Part shown: positions 1 through 13,778 of the stretch, piece by piece
Layout of the letters: each line of letters begins with the position of its first letter
Position numbering within the stretch: position 1 is the first letter of the stretch
Position numbers and translations under genes: made by a program
The notes under the pieces: model-generated
Database searches by the model: none
The model's input: only the letters and a program-made list of their open reading frames with translations
What the model was told of the DNA's origin: nothing
Origin: the human T2T-CHM13v2.0 reference genome, Homo sapiens
Length of the DNA: 64,000 nt
NCBI RefSeq assembly: GCF_009914755.1
Contig: NC_060931.1
Reading direction: 5' to 3' (one strand)

Positions 1-314
1 TTTTCTTTCCTTCCTCCCTCCCTCTCTCTTTCTTTCCTTCCTTCTTTCCTTCCCCCCTCCCACCCTTCCTTCCTTTCTTTCCTTCCTTCTTTCTTTCCTT
101 CCTCCCTTCCTTCCTTTCCTTCCTACCTTCCTTCCTTCTTTCCTTCCTTCCTCCCTCCCTTCCATCCTCCCTTCCTTCCTTCTTTCTTTTCTTCCTTCTT
201 TCTTTCCTTCCTTCCTCCCTCCCTCCCTCCTTCCCTTCCCTCTCTCCCTTCCTTCCCTCTCTCCCTTCCTTCCTTCCTTCCTTCTTTCTCCCTTCCCTTC
301 TCTTTCTTTCTTCT
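1..314. repeat. (TTCC/TTTC)n polypyrimidine tract, expanded tail of an antisense Alu
   Basis: Almost only C and T, directly abutting gagatagagtctcag (Alu 3' end, antisense). Confidence 0.95.
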
Positions 315-745
315 TGAGATAGAGTCTCAGTCTGTTGCCCAGGTTGGAGTGCAGTGGTTCAATCATGGCTCACTGCAGCCTTCACTCCTAAGCTCCAATG
401 ATCCTCCCACCTCAGCCTCCCAAGCAGCTGGTTCTATAGGCATGCGCCACCACACCCAGCTAATTCGTTTTTCTTTTTATTTTTTGTAGAGATGAGGTCT
501 CGCTATGGTGCCAGGCTGTTCTAAACCCCTGGCCTCAAGCAATCCTCCTGCCTCAGCCTCCTGAGTAGCTGGTTCTCCAGGCATGCACCACTATCCCTGG
601 CTCATTATTTTTATTTTTGTTTTTTGTAGAGATGGAGTCTCACTATGTTGCCTAGGCTGGCCTTGAACTCCTAGGCTCAAGCCATCCTCCCACCTCAGCC
701 TCCCAGAGTGTTGAGATTACAGAAGTGAGCCACGGCACCCAGCCT
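315..745 (-). mobile_element. AluJ-like element with three arms (internal duplication)
   Basis: Antisense Alu motifs with two middle T-rich linkers (~470, ~610). Confidence 0.85.
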
Positions 746-1285
746 TGCCTGTATTTCTTGACTCCCTATTTCTCCAAAAACACGATTAAGTCTCCCTCAT
801 TCTATCGAGAAATAAACAAAATCCTTCCTTATGTTTTGCAAGGTCTTCTACCTGCCATCTTTTCTCCCTTCCCATGAGAATAGACCGTCTTAAAATAGTA
901 GCCGCCACGTAGAGACATCACAGCAAATCTCTTATTCCTTCCTTGACCTCCTCCCTCAATCTGGCTTCTACCTCCATCACTCCAGGAACCTGGCTGGCTG
1001 CCTCCTACTTTCTAACTCCGAGGGACACTTCCAGGCCTTATGTTGCTTCATCTCGTTGGCATTTAACACTCCATCCTCTCCAGATTCTACCTTCTGACTG
1101 CCCCTGGTTGGGCTTCAAGCGATGCCAAATAGCTGCCACTCTTCGCCTTAGCTTATAAGTTTATATTTTATGTTTCATTACACACATATAAATTTGCATG
1201 CTATCCAAAGTATGTTATGGAAATAGACAAGGTACAAGCCACCTAACTTTTCAACATTCCTTAAAGGAAACCTCAGAAGAAAATA

Positions 1286-2349
1286 CAGTTGAACCTCAAA
1301 CCCTGTGGGGGTTAGGGGTGCTGCTCCCCCTACCCCATGCAGTTGAAAATCTGCATACGACTTTTTCTTTTTTTCTGGAGACAGCGCATCACTCTGTTGC
1401 TAAGGCTGGAGTGCAGTGACGCCATTATAGCTCACTGCAGCCTCCTGGGCTCAAGTGATCCTCCCTCCTTAGCCTCCCGAGTAGCTGTAACTACAGGCAC
1501 ACACCATCATAACTAGTTAATTTTTAAAATTATTTATAGAAATGGGGTTTCGCCATGTTGCCCAGGTTGGTATCAAACCCCTGAGCTCATGCAATCCTCC
1601 TACCTCAGCCTCCCAAAGTCTTGGGATTACAGGCATGAGCCACTATGCCCAGTCACATATGACTTTTGAATCTCCAAAAACTTGACTGCTAATAGCCTAC
1701 TGTTGACTGGAAGCCTTACTGATAACGTAAACAGTTGATTAACACATATGTTGTGTGTTACATGTAATATATTCTGTATTCTTACAATAAAGTAAGCTAA
1801 AGAAGAGGAAATGTTATTAAAATATCATGAAGAAGAAAAAATATATTGACTATTCATTAAGTGGGAGTGGATCATCATAAAGGTCTTTATCCTTGTCGTT
1901 TATTCTTTTTTTTTTTTTTGAGATGGAGTCTCGCTTTGTCGCCCGGGCTGGAGTGCAATGGCGCAATCTCGGCTCACTGCAACCTCCGCCTCCTGAGTTC
2001 AAGCAATTCTCTACCTCAGCCTCCTGAGTAGCTGGGATGACAAGCGCCCGCCACAATGCCTGGTTAATTTTTTTGTATTTGTAGTAGAGATGGGGTTTCA
2101 CCATCTTGGCCAGGCTGGTCTTGAACTCCTGACCTCATGATCCACCCGCCTCGGCCTCCCAAAGTGCTGGGATTACAGGCGTGAGCCACTGTGCCGGGCC
2201 TCTCCTTGTCTTTTTCACATTGAGGAGGCTGAGGAGGAGGAAGAAAAAGAGGGGTTGGTGTTGCTGTCTCAGGGGTGGTGGAGGCAGAAAAAGATCCATG
2301 TATAAGTGGCCCCTTATAGTTCAAACCCAAATTGTTCAAGGATCAACTG
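1286..2349 (-). mobile_element. Tigger2a/MER28-like DNA transposon interrupted by two antisense Alus (~1372-1655, ~1907-2200)
   Basis: Terminal inverted repeats cagttga...tcaactg flanked by TA. Internal sequence matches the Tigger2 motif (gacctttatgatgatccactcccacttaatgaatag on minus). Confidence 0.85.
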
Positions 2350-2687
2350 TATTCTTTTCGAATTAAATGCCAGAAAGCTTTGGTTTTCCTTAAGGAACTA
2401 GCATATCATCTCACGGACAACAAAACTCAGAAAGCAATTCCCAAAATAGTTTAAAACAGACAAATGGTTAATGTCAGTCCCCGGAGAGAGAACCAACTGG
2501 AAATGATCACGGGGTGGCACTGGGGTGCAGACCATGTCCTATTTCTTGGTCTGGGTCCTGGTTAGGTAGCACCCAGAATACCCAAAACCCAAAGATGTAT
2601 TCACCCATACAATGATTATCTCAGAGCACTGGTAAATTTTTTTAAGAAATCCCCATTTTCTGTTTTCTGACCAGAAAGTTCTGATCA

Positions 2688-3236
<549 letters not shown>

Positions 3237-3557
3237 CTAAATTGTATTTTAGAATACAAATACAAATTTTTTGGTACAAAATTTTTTATGTTTAGTTTAT
3301 GATCATATATTTTTTATTTCATTATATATACATGTCAAAAAATGCTATCCAAAATGCTTTATGGAAGTAGACAAGGTGTAAATAAATATTCTTTCAAGTA
3401 GGGTAAAATCTGTCTTTTGTTTCCATGTTCTTTACTCCTGGTATGCAGCAGTTGTTTGATGAATGCCGAAAGAAATAAAAGTTTATCTGTGAAGAAAAAG
3501 AGAACAAGAAAGCAAAAGCTAAAGGAGTCAGTAGGAGCTAAGGGAAGATTCTTTTTA

Positions 3558-4071
<514 letters not shown>

Positions 4072-4139
4072 TCATCTTTTTAACCTGTAAATAGCTGTGA
4101 TGCCTCAGAACTCAGTTCGTCGTCTCTTCCATCTCCTGA

Positions 4140-4690
4140 TGATCTCATCTGAGATGGCTTTAAATACCATCTGTACTCTGATGATTCCCAAGGCTGTCTC
4201 CAGCCCAAATCTCTCTCGTGAACCCAGGACTGCCCACTCAACATCTCCACCGGGAGCCTCAACAGACGTCTCCAATTTAACATGAGAAACACCCGACTCC
4301 TGCTCTCCTCCCAAACCTGCTCCACCCACAGCTGTCCCCGTCTCAGGCCAAGGAAGCTTGAGTCATCCTCGACTCATCTCACACAACTCACCAACCCATC
4401 AACACATCCCATTGCCTCCATCCTGAAAAAAACAAAAAGTTCAGAATCCTAGCACTTGGCAGACCTCCATTGGTACCCCACTGGCCAGCCACCATCACCT
4501 CTCACCTTGATTAAATGTTCACCTCCTAGCTGACCTTCCTGTTCCCACCTTGCCCACCCACAATCTTTCCTCAACACAGCAGTGAGGAGGATCATTTAAA
4601 AATGTTTCTCCTCTGCTCAGAGCCCAGCGCTGGCTCCCGCCTCACTCAAAGCAAAAGCCAAAGTTCTTACAACGCCTCCAAGAGTTTTCA
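4140..4690 (-). mobile_element. L2 remnant
   Basis: Typical L2 phrases (tctccagcccaaatctctc, gtcatcctcgactc, aaagccaaagttcttac). Confidence 0.7.
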
Positions 4691-4711
4691 TTCTGCTGCC
4701 ACCTTTATTTA

Positions 4712-5413
4712 TTCAGGATTGCATTCTATTTAGGATTGCACTTTATTAAGGGCTGCACTTATTTAGGATTGTACTTTATGTAGGGTTGCACTTATTTAGG
4801 ATTGCACTTTATTAAAGATTGCACTTATTTAGGATTGCACTTTATGTAGGGTTGCGCTTATTTAGGATTGGACTTTATTAAGGGTTGCGCTTATTTAGGA
4901 TTGGACTTTATTAAGGGTTGCGCTTATTTAGGATTGCACTTTATTCAAGGTTGCAATTGTTTAGGATTGGACTTTATTAAGGGTTGCACTTATTTAAGAT
5001 TGCACTTTATGTAGGGTTGCACTTATTTAGGATTGCATTTTATTAAGGGTTGCAATTATTTAGGATTGCACTTTATGTAGGGTTGCACTTATTTAGGATT
5101 GCACTTTATGTAGGGTTGCACTTATTTAGAATTGCACTTTGTTAAGGGTTGTGCTTATTTAGGATTGCACTTTATGTAGGGTTGCACTTATTTAGGATTG
5201 CACTTTATTAAGGGTTGTGCTTATTTAGGATTGCACTTTGTTAAGGGTTGCACTTATTTAGGATTGCACTTTATTAAGGGTTGCACTTATTTAGGATTGC
5301 ACTTTATTAAGGGTTGTGCTTATTTAGGATTGCACTTTATGTAGGGTTGCACTTATTTAGGATTGCACTTTGTTAAGAATTGCACTTAGGATTGAGCATT
5401 ATTAAGGGTTGCA
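4712..5413. repeat. 33-bp VNTR, about 21 copies (ttatttaggattgcactttattaagggttgcac)
   Basis: atttaggatt-like motif recurs every 33 nt from 4728 to 5355. Confidence 0.97.
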
Positions 5414-6167
5414 CAGACACACCCATGCCTCATCACTGTCTCAGGACCTCGTCCTCCTCCTCGGCTGTATTTCTCTCAAGAGCGTGTGTCACCATCTGAC
5501 GTGCTATGTACAATTTACCTTTCGTGACTTATTTTTTTGTCTTCTTCTCTGCCTGCAAGTTCCGCAAGAGCAGGAGATTTTGGGTGTTGTGTTCACCACT
5601 GCATCCAGGTGCGTAGGACACAGTTTGGTAAAGGATCAATGCTCAGTGCGTATTTGTTCAATTCAATTTTCCCAAGTGATTCCGTTGCTAAAAATCCTTC
5701 AATGACTCCATCTCCTTCAAAATGAAGTGCCCGCCTTTCACGCACCCCGGGTCCCTTAGGATCTAACCCCTGTCTCCTCTCCGGCTTCTTCTTTTATCAC
5801 ATTGCCTCCCATAATGGTCAGACAGATTTGCTGCCACTCCCTCGAGTGTTTCTTTCACCTCTGTGCTTTGCATGTGTAATTTCTTCAGCCTAGGATGATA
5901 TTTCATAGCCACCTCTGTTGGGACTCAGTTTGGGGATCATCTACTTGAAAGAAGCCTTTCCCAAGGCCAAGATCATCATCCTCCCAGGATCCACTAGACT
6001 CATGCCTCATGTATCCCATGACACACACTATTTAGCCCCCATCCCTTTACTTGAGAACAGGGGGCAGCCAATCTCACGTGGGTTCCTCCAACCCCTAGCT
6101 AGAGAGACCCTCTGCAAATGTTAGGTGGTGGTATTCACTTTTATGATGATGATTATCTTTGATCAAC

Positions 6168-6335
6168 TTTTTTATTTTTTTGAGACAGAGTTTCTCTCTT
6201 GTTGCCCAGGCTGGAGTGCAGTGGTGTGATCTCGGCTCACTGCAACCTCCGGGAGGTGGAGGATGCAGTGAGCAGAGATCATGCCACTGCACTCCAGCCT
6301 GGGTGACAGAGTGAGACTCTGTCTCAAAAACTAAA
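6168..6335. repeat. Head-to-head inverted Alu 3' fragments forming a hairpin
   Basis: Antisense Alu end (to 6250), then a 7-nt spacer, then the complementary sense Alu end (from 6258). Confidence 0.9.
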
Positions 6336-7376
6336 TTAATTAATTAAAAAATTATTAAATCAATGACTCTCCCCAGTAGGTACTAAGTGTCTCCACACAA
6401 ATCAACTTACTCTTTTTTAATGGATTGATATATTGATAGACTCGTACTACGCACCAGAGTAGCAGTTGAAGCTCCTCTTTCCATTCAGAGCGGTTATCCC
6501 GTTTCAGAGCCTCTTCTCTTCTTCAAAGCATGAAAAAGAGGAAGTAGCACATGAAGAGGGAAGGCTGCTAGCAATCAGAACAGCTCCCAGGGCACTCCTG
6601 GAGTCCGCAGGCACCCGGTACAGGTTCCAGTGCAGGAGACATTTTTTTAATTACAGTTCAAATTTCCCCACAAATGGATCTATCTTAATCCCAATTTATT
6701 ACAGTCACGAGGCTCTTTGATCTAACTGGCTCAGCTGTATTTCTTAAGTAAACTGAGTGAGAATTGGTTTTGCTTAGTCATTAAAAACCACCTATGTTGA
6801 AGGTTATGTGTCCACAGACTGGTGTGTATTCATTCAATAAACTTTTATGTTGTTTCCACGCCATGCCAGGCCCTTTGCTAGCTTTTGGGAGAGATAGAGT
6901 GACAGGGAGGAGGCCATCCCTGCCCTCAGAAAAGGCACAGTCCAGCAGTCAGTACAGGAGTCACTATAACTATTTAAACAGTCCAATCCTTTGTGTTAAT
7001 GTTGACTTAACTCAAGGCAGCTGCAATTGAAAGAAGAGATACTCCTTTGTACAAGCTGCATACACAGACTTCAGCTAAATGACTCCATTTAATCCTGACA
7101 ATGCTACCATGTTACAGACAGAGAAACTGACGCCCGCCCAATGAGATTAATCAGCAGCCCAGGCTAGGTGCTCTTGTGTGGTGAAGCTGAGACTCCAGTG
7201 AAGGTCTGTTGGTCCCCAAAGGCCATGCCTTTCCCACCACCTTGTAAGCTAAGAGCCCACCACGGCCATTAAAGAAATGTCAACGGAACACAGAACTACA
7301 CAAAGTTGCCAGATCTAAACAAACTCCACTGGGACCTGCGTACAGCTTCTTGAAAGCCAGCAGCCATCAGTGAATT

Positions 7377-7378
<2 letters not shown>

Positions 7379-7423
<45 letters not shown>
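7379..7423. repeat. (CA)n microsatellite, about 22 units
   Basis: Direct observation. Confidence 0.98.
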
Positions 7424-7424
<1 letters not shown>

Positions 7425-9358
7425 CATTAAGTTGAAAAGAAAATTTGACACAAAGGAACAGTCTACTTAATTACTTATTGTTAATGGGCCCCAGCTGATA
7501 CAAAAACACAGTTAGTGACATCTATTTCAAGCCTCTCTTGGCTTCCCCTAGAAAGTGAAAGAAGGCTGTTGACCTTTGGGCCACCAGGCAACAGAGGAAG
7601 AGGTGACTATAGCTGTGTGGACGAACCTTCTCCACTGAACGGTCTGTGAGCTCAAGGAACTCACCCGGCTAACCATGGCCTCAGTCCGCTTCTACCCTCA
7701 GCTCCAGGTGAGAATCTGACCCTCACAGACCAGCTGAGAGCACGACCTTTAAAAATGACCTCAAACCTCCAACGCCACCCTCCCCAAAGCCTCCTCCCTT
7801 TAACCAGCATGACCAAGGCCTCCAGGCTGAGTTTCTGTTTGCAGGAAACATCTCTCCCGGGGTTACTTCTTTAGAATCTTTAAATCAACCACACAGATCC
7901 ACCGATGGGCATGGGGATAATAATTCATTCCATCAAGCGCTTCACTCATAAGTTCTGAATGGTCTCTCCTAAACCAGAGAGTTTCTGCCACAGCGGAGAG
8001 TTTGATGATTCTGATCATACAAAATGCATTGCACCCCCAGTGTCTGGGAAGCAGACAGGCTGACTTCCGGGACATTCATCCAGAGAAAGTGCCCATCCTT
8101 GGCTGGGGGATTGCAAAGGGATTTAGCTGCAAACGCGGTAACTACCGTTCATGGAAATGGTTCAGAACTCTGCAGGCAATCACTTTGGGGGAAAATCTCT
8201 ACTCACGTGAGCTGTGTTTTGGCTCAGATCCCCCTCAAGACTTGAACGGGGATGTTAACCATTCAGCGTGTTTTAAAGCCCCTGGAAAATTCAGTAAAAG
8301 CACTTCCCCTCCCAAGCTCCTCTCCCAGGTGGGGAATTGGAAGTCCTTAGAACCCTGCCTCTAAGCCACAAGAACCCATGCCCCCGGGACCCCCAGAGAT
8401 GACTGTCACTCAGGCCAATGAAAATGCCTCCCTCTGCCCAAGTCTGACTTTCAGGGATGTCTGTGGAGTCATGTCAAGCTGACGGAAAGGAAATCTTTCC
8501 TTTGGGTATGACTCGGAAAGAGCATTTCACCCAGAAGTCACCCCGTGAGGGTCAAAAACAAATCAATGAAGGATTTGCAGATAGATGTTCTCTGAGCCCA
8601 AGTACAATTTACACAATGCAATGTACAAAGAAGATAAATCTACTCCTTCTCTCTGCCAGGCTAGAGCAGATTCCTGAATCAAAACAACTCTTTGCCACAG
8701 AACCTGAGACTCGGCTAGAAGTGAGTTTCCTCAAAAGGCACAAGGGACAGGGTTAGGAATTCCTGAAATCATACAGCAAGCATTTGAAAGGAGCAGCGTT
8801 CAGAGAGTAAAGACGAGGGGAGAATGAGGGCAGGGGCGGGGAGGGGGGACAGGTGTCGGCAAGATGTTCCTCCGGGACGACTTACAGGGAAAGTTGTATG
8901 GAATGAGTTTTCCAATAACGTAGGAGTGCAGCCACACAGCCATGTTCTGACCGAGTGGCAGGGCACCGATTTGACAGGCAAGTCGAGTCAGGGTTATGCC
9001 CTTTTCATTATCTCCAAGGGGAAAGGACCCGGCCGGGAGGAAATGGTTTTGCATGAGCCAGAGCTGAAAGAAGCGTGTCTCCCCACTCCTCCAAACCACT
9101 TTGACAGCTGGGTGAAGCTGGGGCCAAAACAAACGTGCCAAGAGCCACCACCACCTCCAGATCTCCCTACCCCTCCCCTTCCTCGGAAACCCATCAAAAC
9201 TTGATTCTGTCTCAACTAAACACAAGCTGGGAAATTGGAGAGGAGGAAGAGGGGAAGAGGAAAAGCAGAAGGGGGAAGGCAGGCAGCATCCATGCAGTCA
9301 GTTATATCATTGACTGAGAGACACACAAGCTTCAGAGTGTCATCGGCAAGGGTCATAC

Positions 9359-9395
9359 CTCCTGCTGATCTCGGGGGAAATTCTCCAAGATCCAT
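9359..9395 (-). CDS. Possible first coding segment MDLGEFPPRSAG (phase 1), or a uORF
   Basis: Strong Kozak context gccATGG at 9395 (minus); 37 nt open to the donor at 9359. I recognise no downstream exon in the window. Confidence 0.3.
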
Positions 9396-9720
9396 GGCTG
9401 GGAGTTAAGGAGAATCTCTAAGCCATCAGGAAGGAGCAGGGCACTGCAGCTCCTCAGAATGATGGACCGGGGCGAGCTTTAATTAACAGGGTCTGATGCC
9501 TCTTCTTTTTTGGTAACTGAGCAGATTTAAAGGGCTAGAGTCCCAATTTGAAGGGTGCCAGTGCTGCTGCCGTGGCTGCTGCCGTGTCTGCTCTGGCTGC
9601 TGCTCCTGCTGCTGGGAAAGCTTCCTGCAGCCCTCTCACTCCAGCAAGAAAACGGGGCTGAGAAGGTGGAAAAGTGCCCCCAGAAACACCGGAGTCTCTC
9701 GGGCTGCATGGTTTGAATCG
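9359..9720 (-). other. Candidate first exon (5' UTR plus short coding start or uORF) of an unidentified minus-strand gene
   Basis: Non-repetitive, GC/CpG-enriched sequence with a CAG-rich UTR-like stretch (cagcagcaggagcagcagccagagcagacacggcagcagcc on minus). Ends in a splice donor GAG|GTATGA (GT at 9358-9357). The 5' boundary is a guess. Confidence 0.5.
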
Positions 9721-9944
9721 GAACCACAGGGCTGTGGACCCACGCACTGCCTACCCTAGGAAGTACCAAGGTCCTGCTCGCTGTCTTCCAGACCGAGGGA
9801 AAGAGCGGGGCTCCGTGGAGGCAGGGGGCATCGGTGACACCCTCTTCAGACACGGGGCTGCACGGGACACTGCCTGGGGAAAGTGGGAAACCTGGTCTGT
9901 ACTGTGTGCTCCCCTCCTGAGAGCACTGCCACTTATGTAAGCTG

Positions 9945-10500
9945 CATGCACACACGCCTACCCATGTACACACACACCTGCCATGCACACACCCATGCCT
10001 GCCTATTATACATACGTGCCTGCCCATGCACGCACACACACCTGCCCACGCACAAACATGCCTACCCATACATGTACACACACCTGCCCATGTACACACA
10101 CATGCCTGCTCGTGTATATGCATACACATTCCTATGTACACACATACCCACCCGTGTACACACACATTCCTGCCCATGCACACACACATGCCTGCCCATA
10201 CCACACACACGTGCCTGCCCATGTACACACATACACACACGCTTGCCCATGTACACACACAGACGCCTGCCTAGGTATACACATGCCTGCCCATGCACAC
10301 ACACACACACACACACACATGCCTGCCCAGGTACACACATGCCCGCTCAGGTTCACACATGCCTGCTCATGCACACTCACACACATGCCTGACATACCAC
10401 ACACACACACCTACCCAGGTACACACATGTCTGCCCGTACACCCATAGATGCCTGTTCATGCACACACATCTTCCCATGCACACACACCTACTTGCCCAC
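9945..10500. repeat. Degenerate CA-rich minisatellite (cacacacatgcctgcccatgta, ~20-26-bp units)
   Basis: tgcctgccca and variants recur more than 15 times between (CA) runs. Confidence 0.95.
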
Positions 10501-10928
10501 TTTTCCAGCCATGTGCCTGCAGCCAGCTAGACACACTGCCTGCATATTACAGGCAGATCACCAAGAGAAGTAGTTGTGACACACAGCATGGCCAGGAGTG
10601 GAACAGAGAAACGTAGCCACAGGGATGAGGGGAAGAGCAAACCCGTGTTGGGAGTTCCTGGCATCTCCGGCTGCCTTTGATAGAGCACGAATCTGTGTCA
10701 AGGACAGTTCCTGTGTCAGGGATAGAGGGTCAGCCTCAGAGACCCCCTTCCCACGCTGCCTCTTTTTGCTTGCCCCTGCTTGAGCAGCTGCTGGTCCCTT
10801 TGTGAGCCTGTCTTGGCTAAGACCGCCACACCTCATCCTCACAATAGCTCATTGCACTTGGCATCCCACACTATGGAGTCGGTTTTTCCGAGATCTTTCT
10901 TTAGTCAATATGGTGGCACCTTGCGTGA

Positions 10929-11221
<293 letters not shown>

Positions 11222-11907
11222 GCATGATCTTTTTAATGCCATTTTCCCCTCATAAGCACGTGAAATAAATCCAGCCAATTGGTGCTCAGAAGCCAGAGAT
11301 CTCCAGGGTACGTGCCTTGGAGTGAGTGTCAGGGGTGTCCAGGAGGGAGGTGGGCTGTAGTGTCAGAGTGAACCCCAGATCCCATCTCAGCTCTACTAAG
11401 AGCATGCATTTGACCCCCTTCCCCTTTTGAGCCTGGGTTTATAATTTGAAAATTAGACAGGGTTGAACTAAGCCAGTAATGCTCTTAACAGAAAGGGAAA
11501 GGAAGGAAGGGGATATATGGACTTTTAGAAAGCTTGTCAATTATCTCAGCACCAAGGTTGACCAAATCTTCTTGGCAGATGCGGACGGCGCACTGCAGAG
11601 GGCATGCCCTAAAAATCTTGAGAAAATCTGAGCAGGATCATCTCTAAGGACCTCAGAGTCCGTGAGGGATGGAGCGGAATGGCCACAATCTCCCAGATCC
11701 TAGCCACTTCTCTAAGAAATGGACCCTGCACTGGGCCAGCTCAGACTGGCAATGTCAGAAAGAGTAGGCTTTCAGCAAAATCCCTGAGCTTTCCCAGCAA
11801 ACCTCCCTCTGTGCCCACTTTACCCCTGCCTGGTTCACACCCTTAGATACCCACAGCCCTCACCCCCACTGGCCGGAAAATCTTTGTCAGCAAAGAATCT
11901 GCCGTCA

Positions 11908-12540
<633 letters not shown>

Positions 12541-13397
12541 ATCTGCCATCACCCAGTCAGACATCAGTTACATGCAATTTCTTGTCCTCCATTTTCCGAG
12601 GAGATTTGCATATTGCATCTTCTCTTCCCCTTAAAGAAAGGTGTGGGAAATAATGAGGTTGTAAGTGGGGGATGTACACCTGGCATAAACAGTGTCCACA
12701 GACTCACAATCCCAGAGCCCCCCGACCCCCAGCGCCCAGTGGGCCATCTCCAAGTAAAGTGGACTCAGGTCAACAGAGGATGGCACAGCACAGATGGCCA
12801 ACAAGGACCACATGACGAGGAATTGTCTGCAGGGGAGTTCCAAACACTATTCCTACTACGTCCTCCTCAAATCTTTGGGTCTATTTCTGCTTTTTCATTA
12901 ACAAAATCAAGCCCCAGCCAGGCATGGTGGATCACGCCTGTAATCCCAGCACTTTGGGAGGCTGAGGCAGGCAGATCACTTGAGTCCAAGAGTTTGAGAC
13001 CAACCTGGGCAACATGGCAAAACTCCATCTCTACTAAAAGTACAAAAATTAGCTGGGCATGGTGGTGCATGCCTGTAATCCCAGCTACTCGGGAGGCTGA
13101 GGCAGAAATCACACCACTGCACTGAAGCCTGGGCTACAGAGTGAGACTCTGTTTCAAAATAAAAATGAAAACAAAAATAAAATAAAGCCCTAATTTTTTT
13201 GAGATTAGAGGATCCTCATGTGGGGCAGGAGCAGTGGCCTCAACTCTGCCCTTTCTCCAGTCCCTTAGAGTTCTCTCAATCATGTCCCCATAGTTGCCAC
13301 CATGACGGCCTTGTGGAAGCTCTGTGCCCCAGGATGCTACAGTTCATATCTTCCCCCAGCTTTCTCCACAGTTCCTCAGAACAGAACTTAGACCAGG

Positions 13398-13778
13398 CAG
13401 AAGAAGGAGGAGGGGGAGGAGAAGAAAGGAGAAGGAGAAGAAGAGATAGAGAAGAAGAAGGAGAAGGAGAAGAAGGAGAAGGAGGAGGAGGAGGAGCAGG
13501 AGGAGGAGAAGAAGAAGAAGAAGAAGAAGGAGGAGGAGGAGGAGGAGGAGGAGAAGGAGGAAGAGGAGGAAGAGGAGGAGGAGGAGAAGGAGGAAGAAGG
13601 GGCGAAGGGAAGAGAAGAGGAAGAAGAAGGAGGAGGAGCAGGAGAAAGAAAGAGGAGGAGGGAGAAGAAGAGAAAAAGTAGAAAAAATAAGAAAGAAGAA
13701 GGAGGAGGAGGAGTGGGGGAAGGGGGAGTAGGAGGGGGATTTGGGGAAGGGGGAGGAGGAGAAGGAGAAGAAGAGAAG
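13398..13778. repeat. (GGA/GAA)n polypurine tract
   Basis: About 380 nt of almost only A and G. Confidence 0.97.

Larger units (their letters stand above)
8450..9940. promoter_or_regulatory. Promoter/enhancer-like unique region
   Basis: About 1.5 kb with no Alu and more retained CpGs than the flanks. Contains a GC box/G-tract (8828-8848), GGAATG (TEAD-like, ~8901), AACCACA (RUNX-like, 9722) and a kappaB-like ggggaaattctc (~9374). Confidence 0.5.

Noticed and set aside
4712-5413. 33-bp repeat as a CRISPR array or interstitial telomere
   Set aside because: Units are contiguous with no unique spacers, there are no cas genes and the context is primate. Only isolated tagggtt-like words occur, not (TTAGGG)n.
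9527-10573. Cys/Val- and His/Thr-rich ORFs up to 243 aa
   Set aside because: Open in several frames on both strands because of the CA minisatellite.
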